This document shows positions 38,590 to 49,765 of a DNA stretch of 64,000 nucleotides, in pieces. Position numbers and translations under genes: made by a program. This stretch comes from Eubacteriales bacterium (GTDB lineage: Bacteria > Bacillota > Clostridia > Oscillospirales > CAG-272): NCBI GenBank assembly GCA_045126855.1, contig JBGVPG010000009.1, forward strand, positions 10,752 through 74,751, read 5' to 3'. The notes below the pieces were generated by a model. It was given only the letters and a program-made list of their open reading frames with translations, was not told the DNA's origin and ran no database searches. Every line of letters begins with the position of its first letter. Positions within the stretch are counted from its first letter, which is position 1.

Positions 38590-38844
38590 ATGCGTCTTGA
38601 TAAATTCCTGAAAGTCTCTAGGCTTATAAAACGCAGAACAGTTGCAAACGATGCCTGCGATTCCGAGCGTATTTCCGTTAATGGAAAAAACGCAAAAGCT
38701 TCATATCAGGTTAAAATCGGCGATATAATCACCGTTGCATTCGGTAGCAAATCTGTTAGCATCAAGGTTCTTGAGATCAAGGAGACAACAAAGAAAAGCG
38801 AGTGTGTCGGTATGTACGAGATCATCTCGGAGTCCGACGAATAA
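38590..38844 (+). CDS. yabO: S4-domain RNA-binding protein (YabO/Hsp15-like)
   Basis: MRLDKFLKVSRLIKRRT is an S4 motif. Synteny with yabP/yabQ. Confidence 0.85.
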   Translation: MRLDKFLKVSRLIKRRTVANDACDSERISVNGKNAKASYQVKIGDIITVAFGSKSVSIKVLEIKETTKKSECVGMYEIISESDE

Positions 38845-38854
38845 AATAAAAATG

Positions 38855-38894
38855 CACTGCATACTTATTTATTAAAGTATGCAGTGTTTTTTTT
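38855..38894 (+). terminator. Intrinsic terminator after yabO
   Basis: 12-bp stem CACTGCATACTT / AAGTATGCAGTG followed by T8. Confidence 0.85.
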
Positions 38895-38908
38895 ATGGAG
38901 GTAATATT

Positions 38909-39175
38909 ATGGCAAAAGATATAACGCATACGGGTTTCTCGGTAAAAAAAGATGGGAAGCTGTACGTTGATGGGGTAAAAAGTATTGACAGCTTTGAGTC
39001 TGAATTCGTGACAATTGAACTGAGTTGTGGAGGAATGACCGTAGAGGGCGAAAAAATGAAAATTGAAAACTTAACTCAGTCCAGCGGGGAAGTAGTAATT
39101 GCAGGGAATATAACAGGAGTTTTTTATACCAAGCAGCCGAAGAAAAAAGGGCTGATTGCCAACATATTCGGATGA
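38909..39175 (+). CDS. yabP: Sporulation protein YabP
   Basis: 88 aa YabP-family pattern (VDGVKSIDSFESEFVTIEL..G.MTVEGE.MKI). GGAGG SD. Confidence 0.85.
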   Translation: MAKDITHTGFSVKKDGKLYVDGVKSIDSFESEFVTIELSCGGMTVEGEKMKIENLTQSSGEVVIAGNITGVFYTKQPKKKGLIANIFG

Positions 39176-39579
39176 TACATTTTACTTTATCTGAAATAAT
39201 AATCTCTATTCTCGGATCAGTTGTTTTCGGAATACTCTTTTCATTTTTATTCGCTTGTATTCAGCATATAGCAATTCTGCCCGAGTATTTGTTCTTAATT
39301 TTTAAGAAAAACGATTTCAAGGATTTCATTAAATACGAAAAGATACAATGCGGATTTGGGCTGACATTGCTTATGTTTTTGTTGTTCGCTATCGGTTTTA
39401 TTCTCCTGTCCTACTGCTTTCTTGACGGATGTGTAAGAGCTTATATGCTATGCATTTCCTTGCTGTTCTTTTTCATATCGAAAAAGGTTGCGTTCAGAGC
39501 CGTTACAGTAATCATATTCCTTACATTAAATGCTCTTTTCTTTATTCCTGCCAAAATTTGGAGAAGAAAACGTTATTAA
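39172..39579 (+). CDS. yabQ: Spore cortex biosynthesis protein YabQ
   Basis: Small polytopic membrane protein with a DG.VR.Y motif. ATGA overlap with yabP. Confidence 0.7.
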   Translation: MIHFTLSEIIISILGSVVFGILFSFLFACIQHIAILPEYLFLIFKKNDFKDFIKYEKIQCGFGLTLLMFLLFAIGFILLSYCFLDGCVRAYMLCISLLFFFISKKVAFRAVTVIIFLTLNALFFIPAKIWRRKRY

Positions 39580-39593
39580 TTATAATATTTTAC

Positions 39594-39622
39594 TTGACAA
39601 AGTATAAAATAAATGTTAAAAT
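39594..39622 (+). promoter_or_regulatory. Sigma-A promoter TTGACA-17-TAAAAT for the glg operon
   Basis: Hexamers and spacing were verified by position. Confidence 0.8.
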
Positions 39623-39656
39623 ATTATCGTGAAAATTTATTATGGGGGAAAATGGC

Positions 39657-41549
39657 ATGTCAAACACAGATATTGGAAGTTATTTATTCCATCAAGGCAC
39701 AAATTATCACTCCTATGAATTTCTCGGTTGTTCGTTAAACATGGTTGACGGAAAATATGAGTACACCTTCAGAACATGGGCTCCGAATGCAAAATCTGTC
39801 GGTCTAGTTTCTGATTTTTCCGGGTGGAATAAGTCCGTCCCGTTTTCTCGTTTGACCGACAACGGTATTTGGGAGCTAAAATATTTATCCGAACATTCGC
39901 TTGAATTACAGCCATATAAGTTCCGCATCCGCGGAAAAAACGGCACGCATGACAAGGGTGACCCCTATGCAAGGTTCTGTCGAGGTGGGTCTGACGGCGC
40001 ATCTTTGATTTTCACCGACACCTCTTTTAAGTGGGAGGACAAGCGTTGGTTAAATCATCGTAAGAAAACCATCTGTAACAGCGGCGGCCATTATATGAGC
40101 ACGCCTCTCAATATATACGAAATGCATATGGGTAGCTTTATGCGTCACGAGGAGGATAACAGATATTACTCCTACAGTGAGCTTGCCGATATACTTCCTT
40201 CTTATTTAAAGCAGCTTGGCTACACTCACGTCGAGTTTCTTCCTTTACAGGAGCACCCATTTGATGGATCCTGGGGATATCAGGTTTGCGCATTTTACGC
40301 ACCTACATCCCGTTTCGGAACTCCAAACGAATTTCGCCATTTGATTAATAGTCTTCATAAATCCGGAATCGGCGTAATTATGGACTGGGTTCCTGCCCAC
40401 TTCCCGAAGGATGAATGGGGACTGTACGAGTTCGACGGAAAACCCCTTTATGAATACCAGGGCAAAGACAGAATGGAGTCCCGGTCCTGGGGAACGCGAT
40501 TCTTTGACCTTGGAAGAGAAGAGATACAGTCTTTCCTTATTTCCAACGCTCTTTATTTCTTCCGTGAGTTCCATATCGACGGTCTTCGCGTTGATGCCGT
40601 TGCATCCATGATTTATCTCGATTATGACAGAATGCCGGGCGAATGGCATCCAAACCACCTCGGTACCAATGAAAACCTGGAAGCAACCGCTTTCCTTCGC
40701 AAGCTTAATACCGCAATCTACGGTGAATTTCCCGATGCTCTTATGATTGCCGAGGAATCTACCTCCTTTGGTGGAATTACCCATCCTGTAAGCGACGGCG
40801 GTCTTGGGTTCAACATGAAATGGAATATGGGTTGGGCGAACGATTTTTACGATTACGTTCAGACCGATCCTCTTTACAGAAAATATCATCACAAGGCGCT
40901 GAACTTCCCGCTTATGTACGCTTTCAATGAAAAGTACTGCATGCCAATCTCCCACGATGAGGTTGTTCACGGTAAGCTATCATTTGTAAATAAGATGTTT
41001 GGTTCACTTGAGGACAAGTTCTGGCAAGCAAGAACGAGCCTTATGCTGATGATGACATATCCCGGCAAAAAAATGCTCTTTATGGGCACGGAGTACGCAC
41101 AGTTCAGAGAGTGGGATTACGATAATTCCCTTGAGTGGTTCATGCTTGATTATCCCAACCATAAGCAGTTCCGCGAATACGTTGCAGCGCTCAACAGCTT
41201 CTATCTCGGTCACAGCGAGCTTTGGGACATAGACTTTGACGAGGAAGGCTTCAGATGGCTTCTTGCCGATGAGGCTGATAAGAATGTAGTTGCATACCAG
41301 AGAGTTAACCGCAAAGGACAATATCTTACCGTCCTTCTGAACTTCTCGGGCTGTGAACAGCGAGTAACAATCCCCACCGAAAAAGGCCTTCGACTTGAAT
41401 CGGTATTTGACACCGGCAATCTCTCGAAGGAGCAGAGAAGTGCTAAAATTTACACAGTAAACGGTCAGCATTACGCCGACATTGTACTCTCTCCCTTCTC
41501 GGGTGTAATATACAAGAAGGTAATTAAAAATAAAAAAATAAATGTTTAG
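39657..41549 (+). CDS. glgB: 1,4-alpha-glucan branching enzyme
   Basis: GH13 catalytic motifs ([23 protein letters not shown]). An alternative start is at 39642. Confidence 0.95.
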   Translation: MSNTDIGSYLFHQGTNYHSYEFLGCSLNMVDGKYEYTFRTWAPNAKSVGLVSDFSGWNKSVPFSRLTDNGIWELKYLSEHSLELQPYKFRIRGKNGTHDKGDPYARFCRGGSDGASLIFTDTSFKWEDKRWLNHRKKTICNSGGHYMSTPLNIYEMHMGSFMRHEEDNRYYSYSELADILPSYLKQLGYTHVEFLPLQEHPFDGSWGYQVCAFYAPTSRFGTPNEFRHLINSLHKSGIGVIMDWVPAHFPKDEWGLYEFDGKPLYEYQGKDRMESRSWGTRFFDLGREEIQSFLISNALYFFREFHIDGLRVDAVASMIYLDYDRMPGEWHPNHLGTNENLEATAFLRKLNTAIYGEFPDALMIAEESTSFGGITHPVSDGGLGFNMKWNMGWANDFYDYVQTDPLYRKYHHKALNFPLMYAFNEKYCMPISHDEVVHGKLSFVNKMFGSLEDKFWQARTSLMLMMTYPGKKMLFMGTEYAQFREWDYDNSLEWFMLDYPNHKQFREYVAALNSFYLGHSELWDIDFDEEGFRWLLADEADKNVVAYQRVNRKGQYLTVLLNFSGCEQRVTIPTEKGLRLESVFDTGNLSKEQRSAKIYTVNGQHYADIVLSPFSGVIYKKVIKNKKINV

Positions 41550-41560
41550 GAGAAAAAACG

Positions 41561-42706
41561 ATGTACTGTAAAAAAGAATGTATCGCAATGCTTCTTGCAG
41601 GTGGACAGGGCTCTCGTTTGTATGATCTTACAAAGCAGATTGCAAAGCCCGCCGTTTCCTTTGGAGGAAAGTACAAAATTATCGATTTCCCCCTTTCCAA
41701 CTGCATTAACTCCGGTATCGACACCGTAGGTGTGCTTACCCAGTATCAGCCCTTTGCTCTCAATGAATACGTGTGCAACGGCGCTCCCTGGGACCTTGAC
41801 AGAATCAGAGGCGGTCTTTACGTCCTTCCTCCTTATCAGGGTAACAAGCATTCTGACTGGTATAAGGGCACCGCAAACGCTATATATCAGAACATTAATT
41901 TTATTAAGCAGTATGATCCCGATTACGTTCTCATCCTTTCAGGCGACCATATCTACCGTATGGATTACAACAAGATGCTTCAGCAACACAAGGCTACCGG
42001 CGCAGCTTGTACAGTAGCTACCATCACAGTTCCTATGGATGAGGCAAGCCGTTTCGGTATCTGTAATACCAATCCCGACGGCTCGATCTACGAGTTTGAG
42101 GAGAAGCCTAAGAATCCCAAGAACAATCAGGCATCTATGGGTATTTACATCTTCTCGACCAAGACTCTTATCGAATACCTTATCAATGACGAAGAGGATG
42201 AAAACTCCTCCAATGACTTTGGTAAGAACATCATTCCCAACCTTCTGAACAACGGCGAGAAGCTCTTCTCCTACCGTTTTGAGGGCTACTGGAAGGACGT
42301 AGGAACTATTTCCTCTCTTTGGGAAGCAAACATGGACCTTATTGGCGAGAACCCCGTTATCAGTCTTGCTGACAAGGATTTCCGCATTTATTCCAAGAAC
42401 ACCGCTCGTCCCCCTCAGTTTGTTGGTAAGGATGCTGTCGTTGATAACTCTCTCATTTCCGAGGGTTGCCGCATCTACGGTACGGTTATCAACTCTGTGG
42501 TTTCCGGTGGCGTTATCGTTGAGCCCGGAGCTATAATCAAGGATTCTGTTGTTATGGAAGACGTTGTCGTTAAGAAGGGTGCTTGCATTTACACCGCTAT
42601 CGTTGACTCTGATACAGTTGTTGAAGAGGGTGCGATCGTTGGTAAGGAAAATGCTTCTAGGGAAGAAATCGCCCTTATCGCAAGTGGCAGCGTTATTACT
42701 AAGTAA
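41561..42706 (+). CDS. glgC: Glucose-1-phosphate adenylyltransferase
   Basis: LAGGQGSRL motif plus a C-terminal left-handed beta-helix. Confidence 0.95.
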   Translation: MYCKKECIAMLLAGGQGSRLYDLTKQIAKPAVSFGGKYKIIDFPLSNCINSGIDTVGVLTQYQPFALNEYVCNGAPWDLDRIRGGLYVLPPYQGNKHSDWYKGTANAIYQNINFIKQYDPDYVLILSGDHIYRMDYNKMLQQHKATGAACTVATITVPMDEASRFGICNTNPDGSIYEFEEKPKNPKNNQASMGIYIFSTKTLIEYLINDEEDENSSNDFGKNIIPNLLNNGEKLFSYRFEGYWKDVGTISSLWEANMDLIGENPVISLADKDFRIYSKNTARPPQFVGKDAVVDNSLISEGCRIYGTVINSVVSGGVIVEPGAIIKDSVVMEDVVVKKGACIYTAIVDSDTVVEEGAIVGKENASREEIALIASGSVITK

Positions 42707-42743
42707 CATACCGTTCTAATTTTACAAGAAAGGAATTAATACT

Positions 42744-43874
42744 ATGGCAAGCCAGGCAGCAGGAATAATTTTTTCCAGTTTAAACAATAATACACTTTCG
42801 AGATTAACAAGTGAGAGAACGGTTGCAGCGATCCCCTTCGCATGCCGTTACAGACTTGTTGACTTCTCGCTCTCCAATATGGTAAACGCTAATATCTCCA
42901 ACATCTTCATCGTTGCAAATTACAAGTATCGCTCTCTTCTTGAGCATCTTGGCAGCGGTAAGGACTGGGATCTTGCACGTCGTGAGGGTGGTATCACCCT
43001 TGTTTCTCCCTTCCTTACAGCAGCCGGTTACGAAAACAAGATGTTCTCCACTCATATGGAAGCTCTCAAGAGCATGAAGGAATATATTGATGAGATCAAG
43101 GAAGAATACGTTGTACTTATGGACTCCGACGTAGCTCTTACCATCGACGTTTCCGATATTATTCGCTCTCACGACCAGAGCGGCTGCGACGTTACAATCG
43201 TTACGTCCGACGTTGAACCTGATTATACAGCGAAGCATAACAGAATAATGATCTCCTCCGTTGCAGGTAAGGTTACTCAGATCGCGATGGGTTCCTCCTA
43301 CGACGAGCGTCATCCCGAGCTTGCACTCGGAATCTACGTTATGAAGACCCTTTATCTTCGCAAGATTATTGAGGAGGCTGAGGCGTATAATCTTGATAGC
43401 TTCACAATGCTTCTTCTCAAGAATTGCAAATCTTCTAATTATAGAACATACAAGTACACGGGATTTGCGGCTTCGGTCTCCAGCTTCCTTGATTATTACA
43501 AGTACTCTATCGAGCTTGCAACCAATGAGAAGGCTAGAGAATCTCTTCTTGGCAAGAAGGAAACTCCTATTTACACCCGTGTACACAACTCCGCTCCTAC
43601 CATGCACACAAGCTCTGCAAAGGTTGAGAATTCTCTCATCGCAGACGAGTGCGTTATTGAGGGTACCGTAATCAACTCGGTTATCTTCAGAGACGTTAAG
43701 ATAGAGAAGGGCGCCGTTGTTAAGAACTGCGTGCTCTTCCACGGCAGCCACGTTGGTAAGAATGCTAACCTTAATTGCATCGTTGCGGATAAGGACGTTT
43801 ACGTTTCCGATGATGTTACACTTTCCGGCAACGATAACCTTCCTTTCTATATCCAGAAGGGTAGAAAGATTTAA
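42744..43874 (+). CDS. glgD: Glucose-1-phosphate adenylyltransferase subunit GlgD
   Basis: A GlgC paralogue that lacks the GGxGxR motif. This is the Firmicute glgCD arrangement. Confidence 0.9.
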   Translation: MASQAAGIIFSSLNNNTLSRLTSERTVAAIPFACRYRLVDFSLSNMVNANISNIFIVANYKYRSLLEHLGSGKDWDLARREGGITLVSPFLTAAGYENKMFSTHMEALKSMKEYIDEIKEEYVVLMDSDVALTIDVSDIIRSHDQSGCDVTIVTSDVEPDYTAKHNRIMISSVAGKVTQIAMGSSYDERHPELALGIYVMKTLYLRKIIEEAEAYNLDSFTMLLLKNCKSSNYRTYKYTGFAASVSSFLDYYKYSIELATNEKARESLLGKKETPIYTRVHNSAPTMHTSSAKVENSLIADECVIEGTVINSVIFRDVKIEKGAVVKNCVLFHGSHVGKNANLNCIVADKDVYVSDDVTLSGNDNLPFYIQKGRKI

Positions 43875-43895
43875 GGAACAGAGAAGGGTTGCACA

Positions 43896-45311
43896 ATGAA
43901 AATTTTATATGTAACAAGTGAGGCTAATCCCTTTGCCGCCAGTGGCGGCCTTGGTGACGTAATGGGTGCACTCCCCTCTGCCGTTGCGGCGGAGGGACAC
44001 GAGTGTGCTGTCATTCTCCCTCTTTATGATACTATGAAGCCCGCATTTCGTGAGAAGCTCGAGCTCGTTCTTGATATGAGCTTCTATATGTCTTGGAGAC
44101 ACACCGGTGCTTCTGTTTACAAGTGTCTTCTCAACAGCGTAACCTATTACTTCGTTGAAAATCATTATTACTTCGACCGCGGCAGACTTTACGGTGAATT
44201 CGACGATGCAGAGCGTTTTGCTTTCTTCTCTCGTGCGGTTGTAGAGTTTATGCTTCATAGCGGTAATATTCCCGACGTTGTTCACGCAAACGACTGGCAG
44301 ACAGCTCCTGCTATCGTTTATCTGAAAACGGAGTATGCACACATCGAAGCTCTTCGCAATGTTAAGACCGTTTATACTATTCATAACATTGAATATCAGG
44401 GTAAGTTTGGTATGAACAACCTTACCGACGTATTTGGAATCAGCCCCATGAACCGTGGCGTCGTTGAATACGATGGATGCATCAACCTTATGAAGGGTGC
44501 CATTGTTTCCTCCGATTTCGTTACAACCGTAAGCCCCAATTATGCAAAGGAGCTTGAGCACGACTTCTTCGCTTTCGGTCTCTCCAATATTATCAGAGAC
44601 GCAAAGTACAAGATGCGCGGCGTTATTAACGGAATTGACTACGATTACTTCTCTCCCGAACGCGGCGGCGATATTTATGCTAAGTATAACAGCCGCACCT
44701 ATAAATCGGGTAAAGCAAAGAATAAGGCTGCTCTCCAGGAAGAGGTTGGTCTTCCCGTTGAGCCCGAAATTCCTCTCCTTGTAATGATTACAAGATTTGC
44801 ATCTCAGAAGGGAATTGATCTCGTTCTTCACATTATGGACGAGTTCCTTCAGGAGAACGTTCAGGTAATCATCCTCGGAACAGGAGAAAAGGAGTACGAG
44901 GATGCATTCCGTGCACTTGAAGCCCGTCATCCTAACCTCAAGGCTCTTATTATGTTTGACAGAGTCCTTTCGAAGAAGATGTACGCCGGTGCTGATATAT
45001 TCCTTATGCCTTCTAAGAGTGAGCCCTGCGGCCTTGCGCAGATGATCGCTTGCTCCTATGGTACCATTCCCGTTGTACGCTCTGTTGGCGGTCTTGCAGA
45101 CTCCATCATTCGTTACGGTGAGGAGGGCGCTAACGGCTTCCGCTTCGATAATTACAATGCACACGAGCTTCTCTTCACAATGAAGGATGCGTGCGCACTC
45201 TACCACGATAAGAAAAAGTGGAATGCACTTACAGCCACCGCAAAGAATTCTAACTTCACATGGGAGAATTCTGCCAAGGAATATATTTCGATTTATAACA
45301 ATTTAAGATAA
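43896..45311 (+). CDS. glgA: Glycogen synthase (GT5)
   Basis: The SEANPFAASGGLGDV N-terminal motif. Confidence 0.95.
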   Translation: MKILYVTSEANPFAASGGLGDVMGALPSAVAAEGHECAVILPLYDTMKPAFREKLELVLDMSFYMSWRHTGASVYKCLLNSVTYYFVENHYYFDRGRLYGEFDDAERFAFFSRAVVEFMLHSGNIPDVVHANDWQTAPAIVYLKTEYAHIEALRNVKTVYTIHNIEYQGKFGMNNLTDVFGISPMNRGVVEYDGCINLMKGAIVSSDFVTTVSPNYAKELEHDFFAFGLSNIIRDAKYKMRGVINGIDYDYFSPERGGDIYAKYNSRTYKSGKAKNKAALQEEVGLPVEPEIPLLVMITRFASQKGIDLVLHIMDEFLQENVQVIILGTGEKEYEDAFRALEARHPNLKALIMFDRVLSKKMYAGADIFLMPSKSEPCGLAQMIACSYGTIPVVRSVGGLADSIIRYGEEGANGFRFDNYNAHELLFTMKDACALYHDKKKWNALTATAKNSNFTWENSAKEYISIYNNLR

Positions 45312-45342
45312 GATTTAAGAAATTTGATAGGAACCTATACCA

Positions 45343-47814
45343 ATGAACAGTGAAACAATCGCAAATACAATCGCAGGACAAAAAGAACCAATTTCTAAGC
45401 AGGAGCTTAAGGAAAGAATAGAAGCCAAGCTTATTACCCGTGGCATATTCAACGCTCACAAGGCTACTCCTGAGCAGCTTTATCAGGCATCCTTCCTTGC
45501 TCTCAAGGACATTATGCTTGAGTATCGTGAAGCCTTCAAGAAGAGAATTAAGGCTACCTCCGGCAAGAAGGTATGCTACCTTTGCATGGAATTCCTTGTT
45601 GGACGTGCGCTCAAGAATGACTCCATGAACCTCGGTGTTTACAACGAGCTTTGTGAAGTGCTTGAAGAGTTCGGCTCTTCCTTTGAAAAAGTCTATGCAT
45701 GTGAGGTCGATCCCGGTCTCGGTAACGGCGGTCTCGGCAGACTTGCTGCTTGCTTTATGGACTCCCTTACTGCACAGGATTATGCTGCTACCGGCTACTC
45801 ACTCCTTTATGAGAATGGTCTCTTCCGCCAGAAGATAGTTGACGGTGAGCAGGTTGAGCTTTCCGACGAATGGCTTGCATCCGGTGGAGTACGTCTTGTT
45901 CCCAGAACCCATAGAACCCTTTCCGTTAAGTTTGGCGGAAAGATCGAGGAAAGATGGGAGAACGGCAAGTACTCTGTAATTAACTACGATTATGATGAGG
46001 TTAATGCAGTACCTTACGATATCCTTATCCCCGGAACCAATACCAATGCCGTAAACGTTATTCGTCTTTGGAGAGCCAAACCCATATCTAAGCCTATGTC
46101 CAACTATGCTTCTCAGGGCAGCTACGTTAAAAACTTCTCTCCCGACTTCAACGCCGAATCCATTACTAAGCAGCTTTATCCCCCGGATAACTACGACGGC
46201 GGTAAGCTTCTTCGTCTCACCCAGCAGTACTTCCTGGTTTCTGCATCTTTGCAGAATATTATCAACGATTACCTTGCAGAGCATGGTACTCTTGCAGGCT
46301 TTGAAGATAACATCTGCATCCATATTAACGACACTCACCCCGCACTCTGTATCCCCGAGCTTATGAGAATTCTCATGGACCAGTACGGATACACATGGGA
46401 TGATGCATGGAGCGTTGTTGTTAAGTGCGTTTCCTACACCAACCATACAGTACTTCCTGAGGCACTTGAGTGCTGGAGACTTGATCTCTTTGGCATGAAG
46501 CTTCCCAGAATCCTTATGATCGTTAACGAGATCAACCGTAGATTTACTGCTGATCTTTGGAATCTTTATCCCGGTGATTGGGATAGAATTTCACGCATGG
46601 CTATCGTTGCATACAATCAGGTAAGAATGGCTAACCTTTCTATCGTTGGTTCTCATACCGTAAACGGTGTTTCTGCACTTCATAGCGACATTCTTAAGAA
46701 GACCATCTTCCACGATTTCTACAAGATGACTCCTTGGAAGTTTACCAACGTTACTAACGGCGTTGTTCATAGAAGATGGCTTAACTATGCTAACCCCGCA
46801 CTCACAGGTCTTCTCAACGAGCTTATCGGCGAAGGCTTCAAGGATGACGGACGTGAGCTTATCGGTCTTGAAAAGTACAAGGATGACAAGGCTGTTCTTG
46901 CCAGAATCGCTGAAATCAAGCATCATAACAAAGAAACCTTTGCATACTACGCTTATAACAAGACAGGCAAGCGCATTGACACCGACTCTATCTTCGACGT
47001 GCAGATCAAGAGAATGCATGAGTATAAGAGACAGCTTCTTAACGTTCTTAAGATCATGTCCCTTTACACCGAGATCATGGATAACCCCAATACGGATATT
47101 CCTCCTCAGACCTTCATCTTTGGTTGTAAGGCTGCTCCCAGCTACGTAATGGCTAAGAAGCTTATCAAGCTTATCTGGTTCCTTTCTGAGGAGCTTGAAA
47201 AGAATCCTCTTACTCGCGACAAGATCAAGATCGTATTTATGGAAGAATACAACGTATCCCTTGCCGAGGTTCTTATTCCTTCGGCAGATATTTCCGAGCA
47301 GATCTCCCTCGCAGGTAAGGAAGCAAGCGGTACCGGTTGTATGAAGCTTATGATGAACGGTGCTGTTACCATGGGTACCATGGACGGCGCTAACGTCGAG
47401 ATCTACGAGGCTTGCGGTAAGGATAACATCTATATCTTCGGTCTCGAGACCAACGACGTAGACGAGCTTTGGAAGAATGGCTACAATTCCAGAAAGTTCT
47501 ATCACAACTCCGAACACCTTCGCCGTGTTGTTGACAGATTCTATTCTCCCATTGGTGGTCAGGACTTCTCCCATATTGCAGATTACCTTATCAACTCTGT
47601 AAACGGAGTTGCAGATCCCTTCATGTGTCTTGCCGACTTCGATTCCTACACTCACACCTACCGTAAGGCTATGAAGGATTATGCAGACAGAGAGAAGTGG
47701 TCCAGAATGTCTCTTATGAACACCGCAACCAGCGGCGTGTTCGCATCTGACAACTCAATTCGCAACTATGCCGATAACATCTGGCATGCGACCCCTATTA
47801 ACAAGATTAAGTAA
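45343..47814 (+). CDS. glgP: Glycogen/maltodextrin phosphorylase (GT35)
   Basis: GNGGLGRLAAC and the EASGTGCMK pyridoxal-phosphate Lys motif. Confidence 0.95.
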   Translation: MNSETIANTIAGQKEPISKQELKERIEAKLITRGIFNAHKATPEQLYQASFLALKDIMLEYREAFKKRIKATSGKKVCYLCMEFLVGRALKNDSMNLGVYNELCEVLEEFGSSFEKVYACEVDPGLGNGGLGRLAACFMDSLTAQDYAATGYSLLYENGLFRQKIVDGEQVELSDEWLASGGVRLVPRTHRTLSVKFGGKIEERWENGKYSVINYDYDEVNAVPYDILIPGTNTNAVNVIRLWRAKPISKPMSNYASQGSYVKNFSPDFNAESITKQLYPPDNYDGGKLLRLTQQYFLVSASLQNIINDYLAEHGTLAGFEDNICIHINDTHPALCIPELMRILMDQYGYTWDDAWSVVVKCVSYTNHTVLPEALECWRLDLFGMKLPRILMIVNEINRRFTADLWNLYPGDWDRISRMAIVAYNQVRMANLSIVGSHTVNGVSALHSDILKKTIFHDFYKMTPWKFTNVTNGVVHRRWLNYANPALTGLLNELIGEGFKDDGRELIGLEKYKDDKAVLARIAEIKHHNKETFAYYAYNKTGKRIDTDSIFDVQIKRMHEYKRQLLNVLKIMSLYTEIMDNPNTDIPPQTFIFGCKAAPSYVMAKKLIKLIWFLSEELEKNPLTRDKIKIVFMEEYNVSLAEVLIPSADISEQISLAGKEASGTGCMKLMMNGAVTMGTMDGANVEIYEACGKDNIYIFGLETNDVDELWKNGYNSRKFYHNSEHLRRVVDRFYSPIGGQDFSHIADYLINSVNGVADPFMCLADFDSYTHTYRKAMKDYADREKWSRMSLMNTATSGVFASDNSIRNYADNIWHATPINKIK

Positions 47815-47833
47815 TTTCATTTAAGAGGTTTTT

Positions 47834-49750
47834 GTGAATTCAAAACATCTTTTGGCAGTCGAGATGCATCGTACGCCCCTTGAATATTCTTATATTCACT
47901 CGGGCAAGGCGGGTATCTCGACCGCCTTTCAAATTTGCGAGAAAGCAGAATTATGCCTGAAGGTGCCGCGTTCAATCGGCACCCTTTCCGCGTCTATAAA
48001 CATCTATTGCGACGATCTTTCCTACGTTATAGAGTGTGTTAGGGGCGAGTGGAATGGCTTATCAGGCTCTTTCGATGAATATATATTTGAGATTCCTTCT
48101 GAGCGACTTGGACGTGGTCTGTATTTTATCAGACCGGAGATTCAAACCTCATATGGAGTCTTTTTCGGGCACCGTTTTGCCGATAAAATCTATCTATATG
48201 ATGAGATAAAGTTCGGCGGTCACTTACAATTAACCATCTGTGACCCCAAGTACAACGCCCCCGAGAAAATCAAAGGCGGTATAATTTACCATATCTTCGT
48301 TGATAGATTTATGCGCGGCGGTAAGAGGGATATTCCCGACGGAGCAAAGGTTATCCCCGGCAACTGGCGTGCAATTCCCGAATATCCGGAATATCCGGGA
48401 GCTCCCCTTTACAATAATTGCTTCTACGGCGGAACGCTGTGGGGAATCATTAAGAAGTTAGATTACATTAAATCCTTGGGCACAACTGTCATCTATCTTA
48501 GTCCCATATTTAAAGCTTATTCCAACCACAAATATGACACCGGTGATTATATGACCATCGATCCCATATTTGGTGGCGAGGAAGCCTTTAAGGCGCTGAT
48601 TAAAGCATGTAAAGAGCTTGATGTAGAGATAATTCTCGATGGAGTATTCAACCATACAGGTTCGGATAGCCTTTATTTCAATAGATACAGCCGTTATCCG
48701 AGTGTGGGTGCATATCAGTCAAAGAAATCTCCATATTACGAATGGTATGACTTCCAAACTTATCCCTCGAAATATACTTGCTGGTGGGGAATCGACACTC
48801 TGCCTAGAATTAACCCTGATATTTCCAACTGTGGCGACTATTTTGTAGGAGAAGGTGGAGTGGTTGATAAATACTCTAAAATGGGTATTTACGGATTCCG
48901 TCTTGACGTTGCAGACGAGCTTTCCGACAATTTTATTTCGAGAATTAAAAAGCGTCTTGCGGAAAATAGAACGGATAATATTCTATACGGAGAGGTTTGG
49001 GAAGATGCATCTAACAAGACCTCCTACGGAAGGCGCAGAAAATACTACCAGGGCAATGAGCTTGACGGAGTTATGAACTATCCTGTCAGAACGGGAATTA
49101 TTGAATTCCTACTTGGCTGGGGATACGAAAAGCTTGCCTATGCCCTTGGTGACGTAACCAACAACGCCCCCGACTATGTTTTACATAATCAGATGAATCT
49201 TCTCGGCACACACGATACCGAGAGAATTCTGACCATCCTCGGCGGTGAAAACGTTTCAGGAAAAACCAACGCCGAGCTATCAGTATTACGCCTACGGGCT
49301 GAGAACAGGGAAAAGGCGATAAATCGCTTGATGCTCGCCTATACTATCCTCTCCACTATTCCGGGCATTCCAACCATATTCTATGGCGACGAGGCAGGTC
49401 TGGAGGGCTATCGTGATCCGTTTAATCGCATGCCTTTCCCATGGGGTAAGGAGGATAAGCGTCTTGTTGATTATTTCAGGCAGATTGGTAAAATCCGCCT
49501 TGAAAACAGCATATACAAAAGCGGTAGCTTTAGGATTAATCATCTGGATAACAAGCTTCTTATCTTTGAAAGATATGACGATGAGCTCAGCTACGTTACT
49601 GTTATTAACAACTCCGATGAGGATCTTGTAGCCAACTTTGACCAGCAGGCAACCGATTTAATAAATGAGAAAAATGACGAGAAATTTTTAATTTCCGCCT
49701 TCGGTGCATATATCTTCAAAGCCAAACGAAATACCACGATGGAAATTTGA
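47834..49750 (+). CDS. GH13 alpha-amylase-family enzyme (neopullulanase/debranching-like)
   Basis: DGVFNH, GFRLDVADE, EVWED and LLGTHD conserved regions I-IV. GTG start after AAGAGG. Confidence 0.88.
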   Translation: MNSKHLLAVEMHRTPLEYSYIHSGKAGISTAFQICEKAELCLKVPRSIGTLSASINIYCDDLSYVIECVRGEWNGLSGSFDEYIFEIPSERLGRGLYFIRPEIQTSYGVFFGHRFADKIYLYDEIKFGGHLQLTICDPKYNAPEKIKGGIIYHIFVDRFMRGGKRDIPDGAKVIPGNWRAIPEYPEYPGAPLYNNCFYGGTLWGIIKKLDYIKSLGTTVIYLSPIFKAYSNHKYDTGDYMTIDPIFGGEEAFKALIKACKELDVEIILDGVFNHTGSDSLYFNRYSRYPSVGAYQSKKSPYYEWYDFQTYPSKYTCWWGIDTLPRINPDISNCGDYFVGEGGVVDKYSKMGIYGFRLDVADELSDNFISRIKKRLAENRTDNILYGEVWEDASNKTSYGRRRKYYQGNELDGVMNYPVRTGIIEFLLGWGYEKLAYALGDVTNNAPDYVLHNQMNLLGTHDTERILTILGGENVSGKTNAELSVLRLRAENREKAINRLMLAYTILSTIPGIPTIFYGDEAGLEGYRDPFNRMPFPWGKEDKRLVDYFRQIGKIRLENSIYKSGSFRINHLDNKLLIFERYDDELSYVTVINNSDEDLVANFDQQATDLINEKNDEKFLISAFGAYIFKAKRNTTMEI

Positions 49751-49765
49751 CGGAGGTAAACCAAA

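Noticed and set aside
43905-45206. A 433-aa ORF antisense to glgA. Similar cases are 42804-43751 (glgD), 46591-47655 (glgP), 41939-42709 (glgC) and 40245-40970 (glgB).
   Set aside because: This is the same codon-bias artefact. The sense genes carry unmistakable glycogen-enzyme motifs, and the antisense products have no recognisable features.
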